DNA from: an uncultured cyanobacterium
GTDB lineage: Bacteria > Cyanobacteriota > Cyanobacteriia > Cyanobacteriales > CAWCAG01
Length of the DNA stretch: 64,000 nt
Assembly: GCA_963803805.1 (NCBI GenBank)
Contig: CAWDOD010000004.1
Span: 160,001-224,000, forward strand
Direction of reading: 5' to 3'
The position numbers and the translations under genes are program-made. Below, piece after piece: positions 39,088 through 49,633 of this stretch. Under the pieces are notes generated by a model. The model had not been told where the DNA came from and made no database searches. It saw nothing but the letters and a program-made list of their open reading frames with translations. The number at the start of each line of letters is the position of its first letter. Within the stretch, counting starts at the first letter, position 1.

Positions 39088-41961
39088 TTATGATCCAGAT
39101 GTACTTTTATTTTCAGTAGTGGATTTGCTTTGTTTTTGATTTTTGAACCCTAAATCAACAGCACTTATTTGACCATAAGGGAGAAAAGCAGCCCAGTAAT
39201 AGGGATGTTGCTCTAATAAAGATAATTGTACCTTTCGTAACGCCTCGCTGCGCCCTTGACCTTTTTCTAAACCTTGATAGTAATTCTGCAATAAATCCTG
39301 TTTGGCTTTAGCATCTCCTAGCCAAAGACTGAGGAGTTGACTTTCGCTTCCTGCTAAAACTAGAGAACGTAGTAATCCTGAAACAGATTCACCCCTAGTT
39401 AAATCTTCTTCTCCAGTTTGGGTTTGTGAAAGCACAACTAATTGGGTTCCTTCTAAGTTGAGTTGGGCAATTTCTGCGGCGGTTAGGATGGCTTCGGGTT
39501 GGTTGTTAGCCCCAGCTAAAGCAATGCCAGCTTGAAGAAGAGGGTTTTGTAAGGAATTATTAGTTATTACTGGGTTGTTAAGGAAGAAGCCGTGGGTGGC
39601 GAGATGGAGAAGGCTAGGATTTTGTATTGCTTCAAGATTCTCTTGACTAGCTTCACTCCCCATTAGTTGTTTTGCTTCTGGTAATAGGGGGGCGATCGCC
39701 TTAATTTCTTCGTTAGTTTTTGGTAAACTTGGAAAGAGAATTGGGGCAATTTCTCCATAGGTGGATAGAGGTTTTTCGGCTTCCTTTTCAGTTTTTTCTG
39801 TTAAAAGCGTTTCGGGTTTTCTTGATTGTTGAAAAGTCGGATTCCCTAATAATATTGCTTCATTTTGACTAGGGTTAGAGTTAGCCCAACCTAAAAGATC
39901 TCGCCCTGAAGTAAGGTAAGTAAATTCATAGTCTTTCACTAAGTAATTGTCTTTTTCATCTACTAAAGCAGCCAAGGGAACTAAGTTTATTTGTCCGTCG
40001 GGGGCAAGAAATACTTGACGAGTACTACCTAACAAAGGGCGGATCGGTTGCATCAGCTTTTTATCTAGTTTACGGCCGATAGTCTTAACTTGAGCAACAG
40101 AAAGTTCAGGATTTTGCAGGGCTTCTCGAAATTCAACTATGAGGTTATCAATCGTTGCCAAATCACCTAAACCCACCCATTTCGGTTCTCCAGTTTTGGG
40201 CAAAATATAGGCGATATAGCGGGGGGCTTTGAATCTTTTTCCTAAGTTTTCAACACGGGGATTATCAGGTTGATAAGCAATTATTTCTACTAAAGCGGTT
40301 TTTTCTGGTAGAGCTTTTTGTACTGCTTCGATAGTTACGTTTTGTCCTTGGCTATTGAATTGTGCTTCTAGGTTTTGAATCTGTTGCCGTAAACTATTTA
40401 TTTGTTGTTGGTATTGCTGAGGAGTAAGGTTATCAGAATTTTGAAACAGAAGGGCGGCTAGTTGAGAACGGAGATTGCTGAGTTTTTGGAAGCTTGTTTG
40501 ATTGGTATTTGCGGCTGTTGAATTTGCTGCTAAGGTATCAATTAATCTACCTTTACGACGGAGTATAGTTGTGAGGGCTAAACGAGTGGCTTCAGGGTTT
40601 TTAGGTGCTTCTTGAACATGGAGAGAAACTGTAGCATTAGTTTGATCTGTTAATGCTTCCTGATAGGCTTGTTTTTGCCCTTGGGAATTAGTAGCAAAAA
40701 TAAGGGAAAGATTATCTTCTGTGACTTGGTTACTTAAACTTTGCAATTCTAAGGCACGAGGAATTTCATTTTGGGCGCGATATAAACGGGCAAGGTTATT
40801 AACACTATTGGTAACTAAGGGGTGGTTTTCACCTAAGACTTTTTGCCAAATCGCTAAGGATTTTTCATAAAGTGGTCTTGCTTTATCATTTTCACCCTGT
40901 AAGTCATATAATTGGGCGAGATTGTTTAAACTAGTGCCTAAGTCGGGATGATTTTTACCTAATACCTTTTCCCGAATCGAGATAGCATTGAGATAAAGGT
41001 TTTCTGCTTGTTTGTATTTCTCTTGAGTTTTAGATAAATCCCCTAAATTATGGAGAATAGTAGCAGTAGTGGGATCTTGGCGAACATTCCTACTATCTTG
41101 AATGGCGATCGCCTGGTTATAAAGAGGTTCTGCTTGACTATAATTACCTTTTTCAAAGTATAATCGCCCTAGATTGTTAAGATCCAAAGCAACTTGGGGA
41201 TGATTTTTTCCTAAGCGTTTTTCGTCGCTACTCAAAACAAACTTATAAAGAGGTTCTGCTTCATCATATTGCTTTTTATCTTGATATAAACTAGCTAGGT
41301 TACTAACTGTAGTTGCCACATCAGGATGCTGTTGTCCTAGTTCTTTTTCTCTAATTTCAAAACTACGAGTATAAAGTTTTTCTGCTTCAGTATACTTTCC
41401 TTGATCATGATACAAAGCGGCAAGATTATTAAGGGTTAAAGCGACAACAAGATCGTCTTTTCCGTAAACTTGTTCTTCAATAGCCAGGGCGCGTTGATAA
41501 AGAGGTTCGGCTTTTTCATAATTTCCCCCATCATGATAAGTAGCTGCTAGGTTGTTGAGGGTTAACGCTATCTCTGGATCATTTTTAGTTAAGACTTTTT
41601 CTTGAATAGCCAGGGCTTGTTTCAAAGGTGCTTCAGCTTCTTTATATTTACCCAAAGCCCGAAACAATACCCCTAAATCATTTAAACTTGTCGCTACTTC
41701 GGGATCTTCTTTTCCTAATAAAGTAGCTTTAATTTCTAAAGCTTTCCTCGCCGGAGGAATACCTGCTGTATATTTTCCTTCTTGATAAAGTTTTTCTACT
41801 TCAGCAGCAAATTTATCAGCTTCTTCTAACAAGGCTAACTCTTCTGGGGTAATTATTTGTGGTGGGCTAGGAGGAGGATTTTGCCCTGTGGCTGGAACTT
41901 TCGTTACTATAGCTAGGGCAATTATTGTTAACCCCAAAATTAATTGATTACTGGTTTTCAT
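39088..41961 (-). CDS. Secreted TPR (42-aa repeats) plus CHAT-domain protein, catalytic Cys absent
   Basis: Signal peptide; repeats HP.VA..LNNLA.LY; CHAT motifs APDGQINLVP and LHLATHG; VVLSQTQTG instead of VVLSACETG. Confidence 0.9.
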   Translation of the reverse strand: MKTSNQLILGLTIIALAIVTKVPATGQNPPPSPPQIITPEELALLEEADKFAAEVEKLYQEGKYTAGIPPARKALEIKATLLGKEDPEVATSLNDLGVLFRALGKYKEAEAPLKQALAIQEKVLTKNDPEIALTLNNLAATYHDGGNYEKAEPLYQRALAIEEQVYGKDDLVVALTLNNLAALYHDQGKYTEAEKLYTRSFEIREKELGQQHPDVATTVSNLASLYQDKKQYDEAEPLYKFVLSSDEKRLGKNHPQVALDLNNLGRLYFEKGNYSQAEPLYNQAIAIQDSRNVRQDPTTATILHNLGDLSKTQEKYKQAENLYLNAISIREKVLGKNHPDLGTSLNNLAQLYDLQGENDKARPLYEKSLAIWQKVLGENHPLVTNSVNNLARLYRAQNEIPRALELQSLSNQVTEDNLSLIFATNSQGQKQAYQEALTDQTNATVSLHVQEAPKNPEATRLALTTILRRKGRLIDTLAANSTAANTNQTSFQKLSNLRSQLAALLFQNSDNLTPQQYQQQINSLRQQIQNLEAQFNSQGQNVTIEAVQKALPEKTALVEIIAYQPDNPRVENLGKRFKAPRYIAYILPKTGEPKWVGLGDLATIDNLIVEFREALQNPELSVAQVKTIGRKLDKKLMQPIRPLLGSTRQVFLAPDGQINLVPLAALVDEKDNYLVKDYEFTYLTSGRDLLGWANSNPSQNEAILLGNPTFQQSRKPETLLTEKTEKEAEKPLSTYGEIAPILFPSLPKTNEEIKAIAPLLPEAKQLMGSEASQENLEAIQNPSLLHLATHGFFLNNPVITNNSLQNPLLQAGIALAGANNQPEAILTAAEIAQLNLEGTQLVVLSQTQTGEEDLTRGESVSGLLRSLVLAGSESQLLSLWLGDAKAKQDLLQNYYQGLEKGQGRSEALRKVQLSLLEQHPYYWAAFLPYGQISAVDLGFKNQKQSKSTTENKSTSGS

Positions 41962-42005
41962 AATTTGATTGCTATTTTTTAAAAACTAATCTGTCACAAA
42001 GCGAT

Positions 42006-42692
42006 ATGGAAGCAATTGATACGATACCAGAATTAAAAGAAGTTTGGCAGGGAACCTTAAACTGGCAGCCAGATGATGCCCTGCAAGAGAAATTTCAACA
42101 GTTATACGAACAAATTATTATCGGCAACCGTCAGTTAAATTTAACTCGTATCACCGCCCCCCAAGAGTTTTGGGAAAAGCATCTCTGGGACTCTTTAAGG
42201 GGAGTTGCCCCTTGGTTAGAGGAAAAAGAGTCTGGGCTGGAAGTTATTGATATTGGTACAGGGGCAGGCTTTCCTGGCTTACCTATTGCCCTAACTTTCC
42301 CTCACTGGCAAGTTACTTTACTCGACTCTACCCGGAAAAAGATTACTTTTTTAGACGGTTTGTTGCCGAAGTTAGAGGTTGCTAATGCCACAACTTTGGT
42401 AGGTAGGGCAGAAAATGTAGGTAAAAAAAATCGCCACCATGCTGCCTATGATTTAGCTTTGGTTAGGGCGGTAGGGAAGGCTGCTATTTGCGCCCAATAT
42501 GCTTTACCTTTACTCAAACCAGGGGCTATGGCTATATTGTATCGTGGTCAGTGGACAGAGGAAGATAATCAAGAGTTATGTGTAGCTGTGCAAGAAATGG
42601 GAGGAAAAGTTAAGAATGTGAAGGAGTTTACGACTCCTTTGACAGCAAGTGTTCGTCATTGTATTTATATTGGTAAGTTGTCAGGTAAATAG
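42006..42692 (+). CDS. rsmG: 16S rRNA m7G527 methyltransferase RsmG
   Basis: NLTRI, KHLWDSL, DIGTGAGFPG, LDSTRKK, RAV. Confidence 0.96.
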   Translation: MEAIDTIPELKEVWQGTLNWQPDDALQEKFQQLYEQIIIGNRQLNLTRITAPQEFWEKHLWDSLRGVAPWLEEKESGLEVIDIGTGAGFPGLPIALTFPHWQVTLLDSTRKKITFLDGLLPKLEVANATTLVGRAENVGKKNRHHAAYDLALVRAVGKAAICAQYALPLLKPGAMAILYRGQWTEEDNQELCVAVQEMGGKVKNVKEFTTPLTASVRHCIYIGKLSGK

Positions 42693-42742
42693 AATTTATA
42701 ACTGTTGAACACCAGAGGTATTGTAGCTAAAAATAGACATAC

Positions 42743-42861
42743 TACGCTGTCAGGCATTTAATTTACTTATTAGATTTGATGGGGAGATGGGGAGATAGGG
42801 GGAGGGTTTTACTGCTTATTTCCTAGTTGAGTAATACACAGTTTAAATACACATCAGCTTA
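42743..42861. mobile_element. Degenerate MITE-like element with internal ATGGGGAG octamers
   Basis: Imperfect terminal IRs TACGCTGTCAGGCATTTAA / TTAAATACACATCAGCTTA; the right 86 bp recur at 45328-45569. Confidence 0.55.
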
Positions 42862-43088
42862 CCCCTATGATAGTGTAAATCTACTCAGGTGAATACCAAC
42901 TTTTTAAACCAGTGAACATAACTGATGTTTTCAGACATAAAAGCCTGTAAATAACAAAGCTTATCTAATACTGTCTGGCCAAAATATTGAAAGCGGATTT
43001 TATCTGCATTTGGAATTTTGAATCTTGAATTAACCTTGCTTCCCGCTCCTTGCTATACAATAGAAAACGCTCCGAATAAGCAGCAAAG

Positions 43089-44108
43089 ATGTATCAACTT
43101 TACAGCGCCTTCACTTTATTTTTAAGCTTATTAGTCGAGGCTATGCCTTTCTTACTGCTAGGAGTATTGTTTTCTAGCGGACTACTTTTATTTATTGATG
43201 AGCAGCAGTTAATTTCTCGGTTGCCCAAAAACCCCTTTCTAGGATCTTTGATTGGCAGCTTAATTGGCTTCCTCTTTCCTGTATGCGAATGTGGCAACGT
43301 ACCTGTGGCGAGACGCTTACTAATCCAAGGAACCCCTTCTGCTGTGGCTTGTAGCTTCCTATTAGCGGCTCCTACCATTAATCCTATCGTGATTTGGTCA
43401 ACTTGGGTTGCTTTCCAAGACCAACCGGAACTTGTTTGGTTGAGGGTATTATTTTCTTTGGCTATTGCCACTATTATCGGTTGTGTTTTTGGCTATCAAG
43501 CGGATGTAAAGCCTTTATTGCAACCAGCTTTAGCCAGACACATTTATAGTTTTGATCCCCCAGTTTCTGTTAATACTCCGTCTTTATTAAAATCGGGAAC
43601 TTATTTACTAGGAAATTCTGGTAAAACCCAGGCTTTAACCTCAGAAGCTTACCAACAATTCCGAAAATTCAAAAAAAGCAAACTGTCCTCTCCAAAACTT
43701 TCAAATCAGAAATTAGATTTGTTTCTCAACAATACCATCCAAGAATTGCGAGAATTGGGAGGAATGTTGATAGTTGGTAGTGCGATCGCAGCTTGTATTC
43801 AAGTATTTGTCCCTCGCGAAATCATCTTAAATTTGGGACAAGGTTCTATTAGTTCTATTCTGGCGATGATGTTGTTAGCGGCATTAGTTTCTATTTGTTC
43901 TACAGTGGATGCTTTTTTTGCTCTTTCTTTTGCTACAACCTTTACCAGTGCTTCTCTACTCGCTTTTCTGGTTTTTGGTCCGATGATTGATCTTAAATCT
44001 GTTGGTTTACTTCTATCGGTTTTTAAACCTAAAGTAGTTACTTATTTGTTCATTTTGGCTGCCCAGCTAACCTTTATTCTCTGTTTAGGTTATGCTTATT
44101 TTTTCTAA
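43089..44108 (+). CDS. Permease (DUF318/YcgR-like)
   Basis: EAMPFLLLG, PVCECGNVP, SICSTVDAF, GPMIDLK. Confidence 0.9.
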   Translation: MYQLYSAFTLFLSLLVEAMPFLLLGVLFSSGLLLFIDEQQLISRLPKNPFLGSLIGSLIGFLFPVCECGNVPVARRLLIQGTPSAVACSFLLAAPTINPIVIWSTWVAFQDQPELVWLRVLFSLAIATIIGCVFGYQADVKPLLQPALARHIYSFDPPVSVNTPSLLKSGTYLLGNSGKTQALTSEAYQQFRKFKKSKLSSPKLSNQKLDLFLNNTIQELRELGGMLIVGSAIAACIQVFVPREIILNLGQGSISSILAMMLLAALVSICSTVDAFFALSFATTFTSASLLAFLVFGPMIDLKSVGLLLSVFKPKVVTYLFILAAQLTFILCLGYAYFF

Positions 44109-44127
44109 TATCAAATAGAAATGAAGA

Positions 44128-44407
44128 TGCTACAGATAAAGTTTTTTTAGTTGAATTGTGAGTTATGTAGTTTTTTTATAGTTTACCTGTGGGTTACGTA
44201 GTTTTATTGGGGGACTAGCCCCCCAAACCCCCCAGTGGGGAAACAAGTGTTTCCCCACACCCCTTCCTAACCGCTTCGCTCTTCGTTAGTTAGATTTTAT
44301 GGGTAGGTCGGATATTCTCTGGGCGTTGGTGATAGTCCCCTCGGCAAATCTCCCCCATATAATAGACCCCTTGATAGCTTGCCCTAAATTAATTATTATC
44401 TGTAGCA
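44128..44407. repeat. Inverted-repeat-bounded insert containing GC-rich hairpins
   Basis: TGCTACAGATAA / TTATCTGTAGCA 12-bp IR; inside are TTGGGGGACTAGCCCCCCAA and GTGGGGAAAC..GTTTCCCCAC hairpins. Confidence 0.55.
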
Positions 44408-44557
44408 AACGTTTACTTATAGTATTTCTAAAAGATTCGTGGACAACCTAATGGGGAAGATATAATCATAGTGAAAAAAGCTTGTTTATATCCCGTATAA
44501 AAACGCTATATTTCATATAAAAACTAGAAACTTACTTATCGAAGCTAACTAAAAGTA

Positions 44558-45331
44558 ATGAAACAAACTACAAAGACTAATCCTTTGCTCTCAAAACTTG
44601 CTTGGTTGGATGTAATTGCTTTTATGCTTTGGGGAATTTTATTACTCAAATATTGGTTGACCGGACAACTAAGATTATTGATTCATCCTAACTATTTTAT
44701 TTTAGTATTATGTTCAGGATTAATCCTTTTAGCTTTAGGAGGATTTAAAGCCAAACAGTTAATAAATACTCGCAACTTAGTACCGAAAGCAGGAGATAAT
44801 CTGCAACATATAACCTTATTCCCCCTGGGTTGGAGTACAGGTTTATTATTAGTCGTAGCCTTAATCGCTTTGGTAATTCCCCCTGGAATATTAGGTAGCC
44901 AAACAGCCTTGAGTCGAGGGGTTACAGACTCTTTACCTGCTACTAAAATTGAAGCTCAATCTTTTCGGGCAACCGTTAAACCAGAGGAGCGAACTATCAT
45001 CGATTGGGTAAGAACTATTAATACTTATCCTGAACCAGATTATTATGTAGATCAAAAAGTTAACTTGGTAGGATTTGTGGTACGTGATAATCAACTTGGG
45101 GATGATTATTTGTTAATTTCCCGTTTCGTTCTAACTTGTTGTGCTGTAGACGCTTATCCTGTTAGTTTGCCAGTTAAGTTAACATCTTCGGGCAAAAAAT
45201 ATCCTGCGGATACTTGGTTAAGGGTGAAAGGAAAAATGACGGCTGGAGAATTAGGAGAAAAACGCCAGGTAATTGTTGAACCTACTTCTTTAATTAAAGT
45301 TCCTACTCCTAAAGATCCCTATGCTTATTGA
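44558..45331 (+). CDS. TIGR03943/YcgQ-like putative permease subunit
   Basis: LLIHPNY, three TMs, RFVLTCCAVDA, terminal PKDPYAY. Confidence 0.9.
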   Translation: MKQTTKTNPLLSKLAWLDVIAFMLWGILLLKYWLTGQLRLLIHPNYFILVLCSGLILLALGGFKAKQLINTRNLVPKAGDNLQHITLFPLGWSTGLLLVVALIALVIPPGILGSQTALSRGVTDSLPATKIEAQSFRATVKPEERTIIDWVRTINTYPEPDYYVDQKVNLVGFVVRDNQLGDDYLLISRFVLTCCAVDAYPVSLPVKLTSSGKKYPADTWLRVKGKMTAGELGEKRQVIVEPTSLIKVPTPKDPYAY

Positions 45332-45362
45332 TGGGGAGATGGGGAGATAGGGGGAGGGTTTT

Positions 45363-45510
45363 GGGAGCATCTCAAATTGGTAAATATAGGCTCTGGCCGT
45401 TGACTTGATGAACAAAAAGTTCAAAGAAGCAGCAATAAATGTATTCTTAAAGCTAAGAGCTAATAGCTAACCTCACAGATCAACTGTTGCTGCAAAATTG
45501 AGATGCTCCC
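45363..45510. mobile_element. 148-bp MITE with 8-bp target-site duplication
   Basis: Perfect 13-bp TIR GGGAGCATCTCAA / TTGAGATGCTCCC flanked by direct AGGGTTTT (45355-45362 and 45511-45518). Confidence 0.9.
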
Positions 45511-45587
45511 AGGGTTTTACGGCTTATTTCCTAGTTGAGTAATGCACAGCTTAAATGCACATCAGCTTAAGAAAATACTATTAGCAA

Positions 45588-45947
45588 TTAGCTGTTAACC
45601 AAATAACTTAACAACCAATTAGCCATAGTTGCCCTGCGCGTTTGTCTAGGCCCAAATTCACCGATTTTGTAACCTTTAAAACCCAACTTTTCTTTAAGTA
45701 ATTGTTTATTTTCTTTAGGTATAGAACGGGTAAGTTGAACTGTGGGAGGGCGGTTAGCGATGAAATCTGGTGGTTCGGGATATTTTTGGCCCCATTCGGT
45801 TGCTACTTCTTTGAGATCCCAGGTTTGAGTTGTTTCATCATAACGATAGCCTAAATAATGCCAAACTAAACGGTTAGCAACATCATCAGAAATTTCTTCA
45901 TTAAGAATTGCCCAAATAGTTTCTTCATTTAAAGGAGGTAAGATCAT
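45588..45947 (-). CDS. DUF1823 family protein
   Basis: LVWHYLGYRYD, YPEPPDFI, LTRSIPKENKQLLKE.LGFKGY, TRRATMANWLL. Confidence 0.88.
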   Translation of the reverse strand: MILPPLNEETIWAILNEEISDDVANRLVWHYLGYRYDETTQTWDLKEVATEWGQKYPEPPDFIANRPPTVQLTRSIPKENKQLLKEKLGFKGYKIGEFGPRQTRRATMANWLLSYLVNS

Positions 45948-46013
45948 TTATCATTTACTATGCAATATTTATTCTAAAATTCTATAATTAATCACTTACA
46001 AATTAATATTTAC

Positions 46014-46871
46014 ATGGTGGTGTTAGTCAGGGATGTAACTACTTGCTCTACTTCTAGAGTACGCGAATTAGACCAGCAAATTATTGCTAAAATCAATAGT
46101 ATCAGCAAAGACGCTTTAGTTAGCTTTGCTCATCTTAATATCTCTTTGGGGGCTGCTGTTTGGCCCTATGTGCAACCGCCGGGTTTACAAGCATTGGAAA
46201 AAGCCCTGAAAGAAAGAGGTACGAAGATGTTTATCAACTCTGCTTATCGTACTATTGCTCAGCAACTTATTCTTTATCAACATTACCGTTCCGGGGGGCG
46301 TTGCGGTATCCGTTTAGCAGCAACTCCTGGAGGTAGTAACCATCAAAGCGGTTTAGCTATTGATATTGAGGATGCTTATGGTTGGCGATCTTATTTAGAA
46401 AAATATGGTTGGCAATGGCTAGGGGCAAAAGATCCTGTACACTTCGACTATCAAGGCAAGGAGACAAAAGATATTCGTAGTACTGCTGTGTTGGCTTTTC
46501 AAAAGCTTTGGAACGAAAACAATAGCGCTAAACTCGATGAAGATGGTGTTTATGGTTCTCAAACTGCTTTGAGGTTAAGTCAAGCCCCCATTACAGGTTT
46601 TACCCAAGGGGAGAAAGTAGAAGATGTTGTACCAGAAATGGGAGAGTTACCACCACCAAGAGTTTTATATTTAACTCAACCGATACAAGAAGGGAAAGAT
46701 GTTCAAGCAGTGCAAGAAGCTTTAAAAAAATTGGGTATTACAGTGGAAGTTGATGGCTTTTTTGGGCCTTTGACAGAAAAAGCAGTCAAAGAGTTTCAGG
46801 AGAGTAAAGGCTTGGTTATAGATGGTGTTGTTGGCCCAGGTACTTTTGGGAAATTGATGATTGATAATTGA
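46014..46871 (+). CDS. M15-family zinc peptidase with peptidoglycan-binding domains
   Basis: SAYRT..Q, SNHQSGLAID, DPVHFD; PG-binding motifs DGVYG, DGFFGPLT, DGVVGPGT. Confidence 0.87.
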   Translation: MVVLVRDVTTCSTSRVRELDQQIIAKINSISKDALVSFAHLNISLGAAVWPYVQPPGLQALEKALKERGTKMFINSAYRTIAQQLILYQHYRSGGRCGIRLAATPGGSNHQSGLAIDIEDAYGWRSYLEKYGWQWLGAKDPVHFDYQGKETKDIRSTAVLAFQKLWNENNSAKLDEDGVYGSQTALRLSQAPITGFTQGEKVEDVVPEMGELPPPRVLYLTQPIQEGKDVQAVQEALKKLGITVEVDGFFGPLTEKAVKEFQESKGLVIDGVVGPGTFGKLMIDN

Positions 46872-46887
46872 TAATCTTAAATGTTAA

Positions 46888-46939
46888 GGGCGGGTTTATT
46901 TAGATTTGAGGTCATACATAGATTTAGCAAAACCCGCCC
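46888..46939. repeat. REP-like inverted repeat between convergent genes
   Basis: GGGCGGGTTT ... AAACCCGCCC. Confidence 0.65.
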
Positions 46940-49332
46940 CTAAGTGCCGTCACTAAGCAACTCTTGCCAGTCTTCAATTGCTTCAGGGGGCCAAAGCCAA
47001 TTTTGACTAAGGGCTTCAGGAGTAAAACTTTTGGGTTCTCTGGTTATAACCATTTTCCTCAGTTTAATTGCTTTATCAGCAAGAAATTCTGGGGAATCCT
47101 CTGATGATTTTGTTTCAGCCAGTTTGTTCAACCCTAATGCTAAACCAGCGTAGGTATCAAGTAACTCTTCTGAGTCGCTATCAAGAGTCCCTGTTCCTTC
47201 GGCTAACTCTAAAGCATCATACCAAGCTTGATTAGCCTCATTGTATTTACCTTCTGCGTAGTAAGCAAAACCTAAAGCGTTGTGATAAGAAATAACCTTA
47301 GTTGCTTTTTCCGGTACTTCTAGATTTTCTTGTTCCTTAATTGCTAATTCCCAAAATCGCCTAGCATCATCAACAGAGAATTTCTCATCCCCTGCTAAAG
47401 CTGCTTGCCAAGCTAGTCTACCTTTGAGAAAGAGAATGCTAGGCTCATTGATTTGTTCAGTAGGAACAGCTTCTAAAGCAGATTTGGCATATTCTAAAGC
47501 CCCTCGGTCAAGTAATGTTTCTACAGCAGGGATAGCTTTTTGCAAATCCTTTTGACTAAATTCTTCGATCGCTAAACCTGTTAGGACATTGTTATCGGCT
47601 TTAGCGAGATCATTGGGGTTATCTAAGGTCGTTTCTACTTTATCAGGGGAGAGAGGAGAAGATTTAATAAAAGGTAGACGTTCAGAAAATAGCCAAAAAC
47701 CTAAAGCAGCGATCGCAATGGCACTAACTGCACCTAAAAGTAAAGGAGATAGTCCTTGAATCCAATGTTCCCTTCTTTTATGAGGAGGTTTTGCTTCTTG
47801 TTCAACAGCCGATGAAGAATTATCTGGGGAGTGTTTCGCTAGAGGTTGTCCTTCTTCTTTCGCACCCCGATTAGGTGCTAGCTGATTGAACATATCTTCA
47901 ATCAAAGCGCGGTCTTCGTCAACATTATCCCCCTCCTCTGCTTCTAACCAATCTGCTTTAGTCAACTCTCCATCACCATTTAGTTTGCTGTGGGGATAGC
48001 TATCTAATTGTTCTTCTTGGAGAAAATCACGGGTTTGGGAGGAAAAAAGTAATGCCTCTTCTTCTTCTTGGGTTAAAACACTATCCCTTCCTTGGGTTAA
48101 GTTAACTAACTTAGAGGAATGCGGCTTCTGTGCTTCTACTTTAGCGATGATACCAGCAAATTCAGGGTCGAGATAGAGTACAGGTAAAGCCCAATAGAGT
48201 TGATTGGAACCGTAGGTAGCGATTAAGCCTTGTCTAGCGCGGCTGAGGCTTAAATCAATGGGATAGCCTTGAGAGATGTTGCGATAGAGGAGTCTGGTTA
48301 AGTTGAGGGCTACTTCATCGGGAATCCTTTCTGCCATTGCTAAAACCGCAGGAATACCACGCTTAATAGCAGCATCAGCAAGATTACTTCTTGGACTTTT
48401 GTCCCCAATACTTTCCCATTCAGTTTTTGCACCACTACAGGAGTTAAAAACAGCTAGCTGAACTTTGTTGTTAACTAGTAATCCGGCTAAGTCTTCCCCA
48501 GAAAATACTTCTGTTAAACCAGTTTTACGACTCACCAAATAAAGTCCACCACCAGAGTCCCCTAAATCACTGTGACCAGCATAGTGGAAAATTTGGTATT
48601 TTCCTTGTTCCAAAGCTTGGGTTAATTCTTCTCTTCCTGGCTGTTCGAGTAATGTCACTTCTACCGCCGGCAAGTCCTGGGAAGCATGGCGTTGGAGTTC
48701 TTCAGTAAGTTGAATGGCTTCTTGTTTCAACTCCAAACTTTCTTGATCATTTGACCAGCGATCGCCATTAAAATTTTCAGGGGTTGATCTTTTGCCAAAG
48801 GAGATAAGTCGTTAAGATTTTTGGCAAAAGTATTAGGTTTGTAGCGAGAAAAAGCAATATCAACTCCCGTAGCCAGGGGACGATCTTCAGCGTGGAGTAC
48901 CTCCCAAGGCAAACTCCGAGTCTTAGCATCTTTCAAACCTAAGCGTAGGCGCAAACAAGAACGATGGTTATCAGCGATTCCTTGGGCAATCATCCAGCTA
49001 TTAAGCAAACTGCCTTGAAACAAGGCATCATAAAGCTGTTGTCCTAAGGAAACTAAATTGCGACGAGATTGTTGGGCCTGATCTTTTTCTAGTTCACCGT
49101 CTTCTAAAACAGAAAAAAGCTCTTCAGGAAATTCATCTCCAAAAAGACTTTGCCCTTGGAGTAAACGCAAGATTGGATCATCCATCAATTCCTTCCCTTG
49201 CTCTAACCAATTATCCACCAACCAGTGAACTTTTTCTTCCGCAGGGGGAACTCCGGGCGCAACTTTCTCTGTGCGCACTAAATATTCATCTTCTCCTAAA
49301 GGAGTTACAGAGATAACAAATTCCTGGCACAT
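46940..49332 (-). CDS. hetF: HetF-like CHAT protease, frameshifted near 48753
   Basis: QEFVISVTPLG...YLVRTEKVAPGVP.AEE N-terminus; LPWEVL; catalytic HYAGH and FNSC; TM then TPR-like C-terminus; one added C restores IAGPNDQESLELKQE. Confidence 0.85.
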
Positions 49333-49633
49333 CAAGGTCAATCTTGCTCAAACGTAACCGATACTAATTACTATTCCTGATATCGAAAAGGAATTTTGTA
49401 TCGAGTAATCCTGGAATTGACTTAATAAAAAGGAAATATTTGGTTTATTCAACCTATTTTCCTTATTACTTTGTCTTTAATCATACAGATTAATTTCTTG
49501 GTTTAAAAGTTTCTTTTCAATGATCAATGATGTCTACGACAAGGGCAAGCCCTACCGTTATCAATGTAAGGGCGAACCGTTTTCCAAGTATATTTAACAA
49601 ACCAGGGTATAAATTGGATCGCCTATTGATCAT

